Source of the DNA: Eledone cirrhosa | Lineage: Eukaryota | Reading direction: 5' to 3' | Length of the DNA: 64,000 nt | Assembly (NCBI GenBank): GCA_964016885.1 | Contig: OZ024761.1 | Location: 11,284,001 to 11,348,000, forward strand | Notes under the pieces: model-generated | Told to the model about the DNA's origin: nothing | The model's input: the letters and a program-made list of their open reading frames with translations, nothing else | Database searches by the model: none | In this document: positions 39,446-52,294 of the stretch, piece after piece | Numbering within the stretch: the first letter of the stretch is position 1 | Layout of the letters: each line of letters begins with the position of its first letter | Position numbers and translations under genes: made by a program

Positions 39446-40104
39446 TTAAGCATTAAAGGGAGATTATTCTGTCAGCGAAGTTTTATGAATTGCTTCCCTT
39501 GGCACTGTATTATGTGTTATGGGGAGGTAACTCTATTGCCGATGTAATGTGCCTGTAGCGTGTTAAAGACTAATATAGACTCTTACCTATGGTCATATAT
39601 CTTGGGTAATGACCGAAAGAATACGATCTCAAATACAAGTGACCGAAATGGGGGCCTTAGGAGTAATGTTACTTGATAGAGGGTGTAGTTTGGAGGTCAG
39701 GGAGTTATTCCAGGTAGAGCCGTTACCTCTCCGAATTGAGAGATCACAGCTCTGATACTAAGGACATAGGGTTAGAATGTCTCAGGAAAGACAGAAACCT
39801 GGGAGGTTATCTGACTGGGAATGGGTGGGGTTAGCAGACTAAAGGAGGGTGGAGGTGGGGGTTTACCTGACTGGGAGTTAGGAGGGGGGTACCTGGTAGG
39901 GAGTGGGGGGTGGGGTTAGCAGACTAAAGGAGCGTGGGGGTCAAAAATTAAAAAAACAAGGGCTCAAAAATTAAAAAAACATTGTCACTCAGCATTTTTC
40001 TTAATTCCTTTTCAATCAACCCTGACTCTCCTCCATAAAGAAACCCACAGGATCATTAGGGTACACCATTAAGGGGTTTATCATTTGTGTAGTCTATCAA
40101 GGGA

Positions 40105-40142
<38 letters not shown>

Positions 40143-40492
40143 AAGAAAGAGAGATTTATGTATGTGTGTCAGTTATTCAACTAAGATATTGAGTACTTTA
40201 CTTAAGTGTGAGTTTTTCCTACCCCCTTCGGAAAACCCTAATTAATCATATATATAGATGTATAGGGAACAAACTTAAGAACATATTTGATTATATATTA
40301 CATATGTTTCACTGCCGATCAGCTCGAGGAACGATCGATTAATGTTCGTTCCTGACTCTGGAATCGAAAGCTCCTCACATATGTGTTCTCACATGTAGAC
40401 TCATGTCCAATATATATATATACATACATATATACATACATGTATACATATATGCACATATATACACCAGATACATACATATATATATATTT

Positions 40493-40529
<37 letters not shown>

Positions 40530-40987
40530 CATACACACAGATACAGTCAGAGTGAAAGAAAACATGAAACAAAACAAACCCAAAAAATTATTCTTCAAAT
40601 TTTTCCCCCTTTTTTTCCCTTTTTTTTTTCTTTTTGAGAAAGAAACCAAACAAAAAATAAAAAAATTATAAAAACACAGGAAAAGAAAAAAAACAAACTA
40701 TAATTGGGCTCAAATGAAAATTAAAATATATACCAAACATTTTTACTAAATTTTTACCACAAAAGACAAAAAAATAAATAAATAAAATGTCTTCAGAAGA
40801 TTCATAACTTTCACGGTTGACAGGTTTTATAGCTTTCTGTCATTCTCGTCTTTCAGATGGTTAGAAACCAATATTTTATATAAATAATAAGCTTTGCTTT
40901 CTTCATTAATTATTTTTTTCTTTTTTCCTTTGTAATATCTTCTTTGTATTTTTTTTTTTTTTGAAAATGAATAATTAAGTGTCATTA

Positions 40988-41018
<31 letters not shown>

Positions 41019-41809
41019 GGTGGTAGAAGGTCGAACGCCATGCTTTGACGCATAGTGCTACAACCCTTGCCATTCTGAGTTCAAATCCCGCTGAGGTTAA
41101 CTTTGCCTTTCATCCTTATGGGGTCGATAAAATAAAGTACCAGTAATACACTGGGGTAATTGCTGGCCTTGTGCCAAAAGTAGAAACAATTATTATTATT
41201 ATTATTATTATTAGGTGGTAGAGGGTCGGATGCCATGCTTTCCAGCATAGAGTTACGGCCCTTTACGGTCTGAGTTCAAATCCCGTCGAGGTTAACTTTG
41301 CCTTTCATCCTTATGGGGTCGATAAAATAAAGTACCAGTAATGTACTGGGATAATTGCTGGCCTTGTGCCAAAAGTAGAAACAATTATTATTTTTATTAT
41401 TATTATTATCAATTGTTAGTGATAGGAAGAAACATTAGAGCATTAGAAAAGAAAGGAAAATAACCTCAATGTATTTTGTTCCAACTATTTATATTTTGAG
41501 TTCAAATCCCACCGAGGTCAACTTTGCCTTTCATCCTTTTACAGGGTCGATAAAATAAAGTACCAGTCAAATACTGGGGTTGATGTAATCAATTTTCCTC
41601 TTCACCTCCCAAATTGTTGGCCTTGTGCCTAAATTAGATACCATTATTATTGTTATCATTATAATAATAATTATTGTTGTTGTTGTTGTTGCTGCTGTCA
41701 TAGCTATTAAATATTTTGTTAAACATCTTTCTAACTTTTTTTTTCTCTTCTCTTCAGTCATCTGTTAACTAAACAGTGATGTCACGCCACACCAGGGTGA
41801 TTTCTCCCA

Positions 41810-42350
41810 GCGTTGGATCTCTCATGTGTGAATGTGTGTGTGAGCTCATGCCTGATCCATGCTTCCAGTGTGTGATCTCTCATGTGTGAATGTGTGTGAG
41901 AGCTCACACCTGATCCATGCTTTGAGTGTGTGATCTCTCATGTCTGTGTGTGTATGTGTTTGTTAGCTGACACTTGAGCCATGCTTCCAGTGTGTGTATG
42001 TGTTTGTTAGCTGACACTTGAGCCATTCTTCCACTGTGTGATCTCTCATATCTGTGAGCTCACACCTGAGCCATGCTTCCAGCATTTGATCTCTCGTGTG
42101 TGTGTGTGTGTGTGTGTATGTGTTAACTTGCACCTGAGCCAGGCTTCCAGCATTTGATCTCTCATGTATGAATGTTAGCTCACACTTGAGCCATGCTTCC
42201 AACATTTGATCTCTCATGTGTGTGTGTTAGCTCACACCTCAGCCATGCTTCCAGCATTTTATCCCTCATGTGTGTGTGTTAGCTCACACTTGAGCCATGC
42301 TTCCTACATTTGATCTCTCATGTGTGTGTGTTAGCTCACACTTGAGCCAT
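41810..42350. repeat. Degenerate ~50-bp repeat (AGCTCACACTTGAGCCATGCTTCCAGCATTTGATCTCTCA(TG)n)
   Basis: About 10 imperfect copies with variable TG runs. Confidence 0.8.
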
Positions 42351-42448
42351 GTAGTGGAACCGCTGTTCACGAACTTAATTTGTTCCTTAAGGCTGTTTGT
42401 CACCCGAAATGTTCGTAAACTGAAACTATTTTTCCCATACGAAATGTC

Positions 42449-42480
<32 letters not shown>

Positions 42481-42586
42481 CTGTGTGAAAGACAGATAGA
42501 TATCACCATAGTAACCAACTACACAGCAAGTGATGCATTCCTGTTGATACTCTAAGATGTGTGTATATATATACGTATATGTATAC

Positions 42587-42631
<45 letters not shown>

Positions 42632-42688
42632 CATATATATTATATAGCGTATGTGTGTGTATATATATATATACATATATATTATATA

Positions 42689-42722
<34 letters not shown>

Positions 42723-42743
42723 GTGTATTTAAATGTATGTGTG

Positions 42744-42776
<33 letters not shown>

Positions 42777-42899
42777 ATATATAAATATATGAGTGTATAT
42801 ATTTATATATATGAGTATGTGTATATATATATATATATATATTGGCCCACAGAAATGATAAAAAGAAAGAGGAGAGAAGAAGAGAGAAGATCACACAAA

Positions 42900-43500
42900 C
42901 ATTTAAATACTCTCATCAGTTCCCAGACCGGCTGTGGTCTCGATGATCCAACTAAAGGTACCATGTAAAATAGACAGTCTTGCAACAGAGAAATAAATAT
43001 TTCTGTTGGTTTGATGTTTGTGTGAGGAATGAACAGCTCTTGTGTTAAGGCAAGTACTATTATGTAATCTCTGCAAGATATTCACTCTTTCATCGATACA
43101 CAGCTTACAGGACAAATCCCTGTTTCTGTATGGTCTGGATTTGACAAGAACTTTCCATTGAATGGAGTAATTCACATTTGCAACTTTGAGTGACCATATG
43201 TGGCTTGCTAGCTTCATGGATGATCACTTATCAGTGTCTGAAGCTTATCTGATGGTTAAGGAAGCATTCTTTAAACTGGCTCTCCATCATGCCTACATGT
43301 TTTGATCTCCTGCAGTTGGTTTGGTTGAGTGGATGAAACTTCAGTTTCATAGACTACCGTGGGTATACTGTGGGTATGCTAAACTGTTGTTGAAGGGGGC
43401 ATGCTTCTGGCTTCCTGCAAGAGCACCCGGGTGTGCGTGAGCTCTTGGGGTTGGTGGAGATGTGGGCTTTCATGTTTGTAGCACAGGAATATTCGAGTTA
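42900..43500 (-). mobile_element. Penelope-like element fragment, GIY-YIG endonuclease C-terminal region
   Basis: LASHIWSLK...YSIQWKVL...PY....SCKLCIDERVNI......LNTRA matches the PLE C-terminal pattern LS.H.W.LK...Y.I.W.I...C.LC..EK..I...LN.R. Confidence 0.75.
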
Positions 43501-43514
43501 CACCAGAAATCTAT

Positions 43515-44046
43515 GTATATATTAAGACAGAAAGGTGTATATATTAAGACAGAAAGGTGTGTATATTAAGAGAGAAAAGTGTGTATATTAAGGAAGAAAG
43601 GTGTATATATTAAGACAGAAAGGTGTATATATTAAGACAGAATGGTGTATATATTAAGACAGAAAGGTGTATATATTAAGACAGAAAGGTGTATATATTA
43701 AGACAGAATGGTGTATAAAGACAGAAAGGTGTATATATTAAGACAGAAAGGTGTATATATTAAGACAGAAAGGTGTATATATTAAGACAGAATGGTGTAT
43801 ATATTAAGACAGAAAGGTGTATATATTAAGACAGAATGGTGTATATATTAAGACAGAAAGGTGTATATATTAAGACAGAAAGGTGTATATATTAAGACAG
43901 AAAGGTGTATATATTAAGAAAGAAAGGTGTGTATATTAAGACAGAAAGGTGTATATATTAAGACAGAAAGGTGTATATATTAAGAAAGAAAGGTGTATAT
44001 ATTAAGAAAGAAAGGTGTGTATATTAAGACAGAAAGGTGTATATAT
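43515..44046. repeat. 22-bp minisatellite GTATATATTAAGACAGAAAGGT
   Basis: Tandem copies. Confidence 0.95.
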
Positions 44047-44185
44047 AAAAAAATAAAACAGCTGTTGAAAGCTTTTATTGCAATCCACAACAATTACATA
44101 TATTTTTTAGTTATAATAGTTTCATTTTTACAGTTTGTTTTCTGTTCACATATATATATATATGTGTGTATGTGTATGTGTATAT

Positions 44186-44230
<45 letters not shown>

Positions 44231-44610
44231 TATACATGTGTGTGTGTGTATCTATATATATATGTGTGCATGTGCGTGTTATACATGTGTGTATGTGTAT
44301 ACACATGTGTGTGTATATATATATATATGTGTGTGTGAGCATATGTTTGTGCGTGTTTGAGTGTTGTGCGTTAAATCTACAGGAAAATTATTAGGAGAAA
44401 ATGCATATATATAAATATGCGTGTGTATATACATACACACTAACACATCATCATCATTTTACATCCGCTTTTCCCTGCTTGCAAGGGTGGACATATACAT
44501 ACATATATATTTATGTGTATGTATGTGTGTATATATATATACATGCATACATATATGTATGTGTGTGTATGTATATATAAATATATGAAGAAAGAATGAA
44601 TGTGTATATC

Positions 44611-44666
<56 letters not shown>

Positions 44667-45272
44667 CATAGTTTTGTATGTTTTTCATACACCAAATCAC
44701 AGGTTTAACATCATTACTACCACCATAACAATTACTGCTAATTACTACTAACTACTACTACTAACTACTAACTACTACTACTACTACTAACTACTATTAA
44801 TAATAATTGAAATAATTGAAACTACTTCACATTTTATCATCATCTCTCTCTCTATAGTCTGAAACTAGCTGTTGAAACAGCAAGAGCTCAGCTGTTAGGT
44901 CCTAACTCTTTATAATATAATCATACTCTACTACTCCAAGTATATGTGTGTGTATATACTCTCATGATGATTTCACAGAAATGAAACAGTTCTAGTCCCG
45001 TAGAAGTTATTTCTATATAAAATCTAGACACCTATACTCCACCAACCTATTGAGTACTTTTTGGTAACTGTGATCACCATCGGGAACTCACGGTCAACCC
45101 ATGCAAGACCTATGTATATATAAAAATATATTCCAGCCATGACCATCCTATATATGAGTATCTTGGAGTATATCATTTAATGTGTGCCTTAGTGTTTTGA
45201 AATGATGCGAAGCAGATATTTCGTTGCTATTTTTAGCAGACACAGCAACGTCGTATATATATATATATATAT

Positions 45273-45750
45273 ATTATTATTATGTAATAAACAACATAAG
45301 GCAATTATTCCATTTACCAGTGGTTTTTTAAAAGCAAAAGGTTTTGCTTTCAATCCTCAGAATGAAAAATCCTGGTTTGTTTATTGAATATGGATTCTAT
45401 ACAGCTCCAACCGGGATTGATCGCAGCATATTCTATATTACATATACGATTGGCACTTTCCAGCCCGATTAGTTGAGCACTCTACAGTTTTCAGGAATTT
45501 AACCAACATACACCATGGACCTTTATGATTTGGATTATTCTATCAAAAAGGTTTTTAGAATCCATATTCAATAAACAAACCAGGATTTTTCATTCTGAGG
45601 ATTGAAAGCAAAACCTTTTGCTTTTAAGAAACCACTGGTAAATGGAATAATTGCCTTATGTTGTTTATTACATAATAATAATAATTAAGCTCTGTTGCCT
45701 ACATAGAGCACTCTTTTTTCCTGGACTTTTCCGATGGAATTACTTCACAT
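45273..45750. mobile_element. Fold-back element: ~127-bp inverted arms (45273-45399 / 45556-45682) plus one-sided tail, in (TA)n
   Basis: The arms differ at one core base and each carries a hammerhead. The tail reads AGCTCTG...AGAGCACTC. Confidence 0.85.
45588..45647 (+). ncRNA. Type I hammerhead ribozyme (canonical core)
   Basis: UUUCAUU-CUGAGGA-UUGAAAGCAAAA CC UUUUGCUUUUAA-GAAA-CC ACU GG-UA-AAUGGAA. It has a 7-bp stem I, the CUGANGA and GAAA boxes, a long stem II, a short stem III and a GUA cleavage triplet at 45638-45640. Confidence 0.8.
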
Positions 45751-46193
45751 ATATATATATATATATATATGTGTTAGGTAATTCCAAAGGAAAAAAAGAG
45801 TGCTCTATATATAGAACAGAGCTATTTAATTAGAATGTGAACAACACAAAATATAACTACTCCATTACCAAAGGTTTCTGGATCACAGACGATAATATAC
45901 GTCTGGATCGTTCGTCAACAATTGTTTCACCTTAGCGGATCCTCATGGACAGTGCTCTACCACTATATATATATATATATAGTTAAAGAATGAAGATTAA
46001 CATGGTTGGCTGTACATTAAGGGCTTTATTTAAAGTACTGACAATTGTTTCGTTGATCATGTGGGCCTAGAGTTCGCTAATCGCTTGATTTTGCGTTATT
46101 CGATCTCCAATACATTATTCACCTATGGTCAACACATCAGAGTACTCAACCTCTAACTGGATTACCTATAACGATAACTTATTATCCCATATT

Positions 46194-46232
<39 letters not shown>

Positions 46233-47176
46233 GGGGGGGGGGGGCTAGTAGAAACCATCTGTACTGTGTATGATCAACAACATTCCAGCCGTGACCATCC
46301 TATGTGAATAAGACATCAACTGTTTATAAAGTTATGGTGAACGGGTAAAGAAAGTGACTTGGCTGTTATTTTTACAAACTTTAGAGAGCCACAAAGGCAA
46401 AAGGAAGCGTGTATAAACAATTCAGCCATGACCATACTATGTTTTTTATACGGTTATGTAGCTGCTATGTTAAAAAACAACCACGTTAGACAACTCTTGA
46501 AAAACAAAAAACAAGGGAGACAAATCTTGGATATATATTTTTTTTCTGGAAAAGTTTACAACTGCATGGTTTCACTAAGACAAGAGTATCTGATGTCGCT
46601 TGTGGATGAATTTCAGCTCTTTCGTATTGAGGTAATGGTAAACATTTAATTAAACCTGATAACCCCTTTTTCCTGTTCTAGGTAGGTAAATCTGGTACTT
46701 CACATCCTCCACAACCAACTTTCCTTGCTTCGGCCGCTACCACCCGTAATGCACACAGGATGGAAGGTTAATCAATAATCTATAGAGATTTGACCGACCG
46801 TCTTTTTTTCGTGCTAGTAGAAAACTTGTGGAGCCTTCCTCTGCCCCCTAACTGCCACTTCCCTCCGCAAAATTGCGAGGGATTCATCTCAGTTAAGGAA
46901 GGAGCCCCAGTAAATTGGAGTCGTTCAATGTTTCGCCATTTCTCCACTGGATATGGCCGATATATACAGATATACCTCCTTGGCCGAGGTGTTGAGAATG
47001 TCGCTAGATACACCTGCCTTGCATTATTTAATTTGGTTTTTCCATTTTTTATATTGAAAAAATTATATAATATAATTGAAATTTAGATTGTGTCCATCTC
47101 TCGCTCTCTCACACACATATATATAGAATAATAGTGAGTACAACAGGGGTTGGGTTGCGAGAAAGGTTCGGAATCG

Positions 47177-47217
<41 letters not shown>

Positions 47218-47600
47218 CAAATTATGAATCAAAACACATCAAATATGTTTAGAATTTTGTGCTTCTCTATATTTCAATTTATCTAGAGCCATAATAACCA
47301 AATTAAAAGATATATGTTTACATATATATATAGAGAGAGATAGCCATATATCGCAAAAGAAACGTTTCTTATATATATATAAAACCAAATTAAAATAGAT
47401 ATGTTTATATATATCTTTAGGTTTGTTTACACCAGTCCAGCCTCCTGTTATTTTATTTTATTTATGTTTATGTATATATATATATATATAGAGAGAGAGA
47501 GCCATATATCGTAAAAGAAACGTTTCTTTTACGATATATGGCTCTTTCTCTATCTCTCGCTAATTTATATTTATATATAAACATATATATTTTAATTTGG

Positions 47601-47681
<81 letters not shown>

Positions 47682-49168
47682 ACAATGAGGTTTTCCAGTG
47701 CTGCTGGCTGCTGGCGATGTTCTGCTCTGGTAGCAGTTCGTCTGTCCACCTATGTATATAACAATTTACCGCGCAGCACGACCCGCCAACTTTGCATCCT
47801 CATAACTTCATAAATAAAATTTTACTGAGATATTCACCCTATATATAAGTGCTGAATAAATGTGACCCTTGTGTTATATCGCTCCTAACCATCTTAATTC
47901 CTTCAAGAGCCCTCATGTAAACAAACATACATACGTAGATACACACACACATACATACATAGACACACAATTCTATACATACAGCGTGCGTATATATATA
48001 TGTATCTATATATATATATCAGGATGGATTCAGTTTGAAAGTGGTTATACCATTACTCAACAGAGTACTCGATACTTGGGGTAGTAGAGTATGGTTATAT
48101 TATAAAGAGTCGGGGCCCCTACGGCTGAGCTCTTGCCGTTTCAACAGCTAGTTCCATACACACACACACACACACTATATATATATATATATATATACAC
48201 AAACACACACACACAATATATATATACAATGACCTGTTATCATAGTTGTGGGGACGTAAAAGCCGAGGTCTGACCTGATACTGTAGGAGGTCAATGATCT
48301 AAAGTTTGTTCCAACAGTGACCACCCAGGATGATAACGGTAAGGAGAATTTAACTAATTCCTCTTGTGATTATCTCTCTCTTTCTTTCTATATCATCATC
48401 GATAGGTTTTGCTCTATGTTTCTCTCTCTATATATAATTGTTTTTACTTTTGGCACAAGGCCAGCAAATACTCAGTACATTACTGGTACTTTATTTTATC
48501 GGCCTCTGTATGGATGAAAGGCAAAATTAACCTCGGCGGGATTTGAACTCAGACCATAAAGGGACGTAACTCTATACTGCCAAACAAGGCCAACAATTTG
48601 GGGGAGAGTCGATTAAATCGATCACACTGGCTTGTTTTACTACGAGATAATACGTCTAATCCATGTTACCATGGAAAAATTGACGTTAAACGGTGATGAT
48701 GATGTATATATAGAGAGAGATATCGGGAGTATATCAGTTTTCAACTAGTTAGACCTTTATTCAGCAGAGTACTCAATACCTGGGATAGCATAGTGTAGAG
48801 CAAGACGGCTGAGCTCCTGCTGTTTTGGCAGCAAATTCCAGAATCGAAACACCAAGGGCTCACACTCTACTATATATATCTAAAAGTCTAAAGTCTGTCT
48901 TAAGCCAGAAGGCTCATTTGGCCGATGCTTAACCCGGATTCATGGCGTGAAGCGACTGAAAGTACAAGACTCCCCCCTGGACAGGACGCCAGTCCACCGC
49001 AGTGTTAAACCTCCAGCTATTGCTGGTACTCATTTTCAGCTGAGTAAACTGGAGCAACGTGAAATAAAGTGTCTTGCTCAAGGAGACAACACATCACCTG
49101 GTCTGAGAATTGAACTCACAACCTTTCGATTGCAAGCCTAATGCTCTAACCACTAAGCCATGCGCCTT

Positions 49169-49212
<44 letters not shown>

Positions 49213-50065
49213 AATTATGTCCATAGAATCATTTGATTTTCAGAAGATCCCGTTAAGGGTGGAGGCAGCGATTCTTTGCTTAAACTTTAATTTGTTATTT
49301 TAATAAATATATATTTATCCTTATCAAGCCCTCTTTGGATTTTAGTCTTCAAATTTATTATTATTACTATATATATATATATAAACAGGGAGAAAAATAT
49401 ACTTTTTTCCCCTTTTTATTTCTTTCTCTCTCTATATATATATGAGGGTGTCTGTATGTATATAGAATGCGATTTTGTATTATGAAAGAATGATACCTCA
49501 ATATGTTCACAAAGAGGTGATATCATCATTTTACGTCCGTTTTTCCCTGCTTGGAAAGGTGGGACGGGAACTGATTCTGGCTTGATTTCTACAGCTGGAT
49601 GCTTTTTTTCCGTAGCACCTACACGTTCACTTTAGAGTGTGGGCTGGGTGTTTTTTTGCCGTGGCACCTCCATGACCACTTTGCAGTGGAATAAAAGGGA
49701 TCCCAGTCCTATCATCTCATTTCTACAGCTGAGTAAACTGGAGCAATGTGAAATAAAGTGTCTTGCTCAAGGAAATAACACATCACCCGGTCTGAGAATT
49801 GCGGGTGCTGAAAGGGTAGGACAGTTGCAATAAGTGTGTGAATCTGAGAGGGAGGTATATTAAATAAAACCATGATTAACTAATCTTCCTGTTTTTTCTT
49901 TTACCTAAAGCCAGGAACCTTTCAGTACCCTCTTGTGTGTGTATGTATGTATATATATATATATGTATGTATAGTTTTCCAAGACATGTCAGTATGAATG
50001 GATATATTTATTTTCCGTTCCGCCATACCTGTCTCTTCAATCTTTCTATTTCTTCTTTCTCATTC

Positions 50066-50110
50066 TATTTTCTGATGAAGGACCAACGTCCGAAACGTTA
50101 AGACTTTTCG
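50066..50110 (+). ncRNA. Minimal hammerhead ribozyme motif (Penelope-type)
   Basis: CUGAUGA-A-GGAC CAAC GUCC-GAAACGUUA. Stem II is a perfect 4 bp and palindromic AACGUU replaces stem III, as in minimal PLE hammerheads. Confidence 0.6.
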
Positions 50111-50459
50111 TACTATATCAAGCGTAAAACTAATACATTTCTTCATTGTACTGTGTCGTTTGCTTTTTGCATACACACATATATCCCACACCCATATAAT
50201 ACAGTTTGTGACAGTTTGCAATCATTAAGAAAGTAAACAGATACAAAATCATTTGAAATCAATAACTAATTAATTGATAATTCTTTTAAGAAAAAAAGTT
50301 AATAAAAAAAATCCCTCAAAATAATGAAAAGTTAAAATAAAACTGAATGCATTTGTGTCTCATATTGAATAATAATAATATTCGATTTGTTTACAAGCAA
50401 ACAGCCTCATTATGCTATGTTTTTTAAATGAGTCTGTTTGCTTGTAAATGAATTGAATA

Positions 50460-50614
50460 CAGGTAAAATTCCATTATAACGAATTTTTCAGTATAATGAA
50501 ATTTTTTTCACTCCCCGAGGTAATAACAAACAAATGCTTGATTTGTTTCAGACGATCTTGTTACAATTAATTTTTTTAATACCTCGTGAACTTCGTTATA
50601 ACGGAATTTTACTG
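50460..50614. mobile_element. Tc1/pogo (Tigger-like) MITE with TA target duplication
   Basis: TA|CAGGTAAAATTCCATTATAACGAA ... TTCGTTATAACGGAATTTTACTG|TA. Confidence 0.7.
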
Positions 50615-51629
50615 TATCATAATTATTATTCTATATGAAACTGACAAATGCATTTATGTATCAGCTATGTTAGAGCGAAAAACAAAATTCTAATTTTGTT
50701 TTTAAAATAAAACTGAAGCCAATAAACGAGCAATCAATAATTTAGTTTTAAAAAATTGATTTTTTTTAGAAAAAATAACAGCGTTTTTTTGTTTTTTCTT
50801 TAAAATAAATTTATAAATATTTCAATAAAACCTGAAAAATTCAAAATAATAAAAAAATTTCTAGTTTAACTTTTGAAAATATTTTTTGAAATAATAATAA
50901 TAATAATATATATTTTTCTATCATTGGCACAAGGCCGGGGAAGAGGAAAGTTGATTTTATTGACCCCAGTATGCCACTGGTACTTTATTTTATCGACCCT
51001 AGAGTGATGAAAGGCTAAGTTAAACTTGGTTGGATTTAAACTCAGAATGTAAAAAGCTTCAACAAATTCCACAATGGAATTTCATAATAATAAAAATACT
51101 AAAACAAATAATTTCTAATTTAGGGAGAAGACAAAAGAATTTGTTGGGAGTTAGGGAAAGGTGATTAAATTCAGTACATGACTGGTACTTCATGTTATCA
51201 ACTTTGGAACGATGAAAGTTGAAAGTTGATTTAGGATAGATTTGAAATCAGAATGGAGAGAGAAATAATGAACCACCATAAAACATGTTAGATGCTCTAC
51301 CGATTACCGCCAATCCACTTCCCTAATAAGGATTTCTGCTTTAGGCACAAGGCCAGTAATTTTGGGTGAGGGGAAAGTTGATTAGATCGACCCCCAGTGC
51401 ATTACTGGTGCTTTATTTATCGACCCCGTAAGGATGAAAGGCAAAGCTAACCTCGGTGAATTTGAACCCAGAACGTAAAGGGCCATAACTCTATGCTGCA
51501 ATGCATGACGTCTGATGCTCTACCGATACTGCCAAACCTATGATAATAAATACCCAGTGCATTACTGGTATTTTATTTTATCGACCCCGTAAGGATGAAA
51601 GGCAAGGGCTGTAACTCTATACGTCAAAT

Positions 51630-52294
51630 CATGGTGTCCGACCCTCTACCTATACTGCCATTCCACCACCCTAGCATGGTGTCCGACCCTCTACCTATAC
51701 TGCCATTCCACCACCCTAGCATGGTGTCCGACCCTCTACCTATACTGCCATTCCACCACCCTAGCATGGTGTCCGACCCTCTACCTATACTGCCATTCCA
51801 CCACCCTAGCATGGTGTCCGACCCTCTACCTATACTGCCATTCCACCACCCTAGCATGGTGTCCGACCCTCTACCGATACTGCCATTCCACCACCCTAGC
51901 ATGGTGTCCGACCCTCTACCGATACTGCCATTCCACCACCCTAGCATGGTGTCCGACCCTCTACCGATACTGCCATTCCACCACCCTAGCATGGTGTCCG
52001 ACCCTCTACCGATACTGCCATTCCACCACCCTAGCATGGTGTCCGACCCTCTACCTATACTGCCATTCCACCACCCTAGCATGGTGTCCGACCCTCTACC
52101 TATACTGCCATTCCACCACCCTAGCATGGTGTCCGACCCTCTACCTATACTGCCATTCCACCACCCTAGCATGGTGTCCGACCCTCTACCTATACTGCCA
52201 TTCCACCACCCTAGCATGGTGTCCGACCCTCTACCGATACTGCCATTCCACCACCCTAGCATGGTGTCCGACCCTCTACCGATACTGCCATTCC
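51630..52294 (-). repeat. 45-bp minisatellite derived from the 5' head of SINE family B (~15 copies)
   Basis: Unit CATGGTGTCCGACCCTCTACC(T/G)ATACTGCCATTCCACCACCCTAG is the reverse complement of the SINE head GGCGGTGGATTGGCAGTATCGGTAGAGGGTCGGACGCCATGC seen at 4162. Confidence 0.93.

Noticed and set aside
41730-41810. Strong + strand 3' splice-site-like signal (CTAAC, pyrimidine tract, CAG) as a hidden exon
   Set aside because: All frames stop within a few codons, no donor or homology is seen, and RP2 has already ended. A non-coding exon cannot be excluded.
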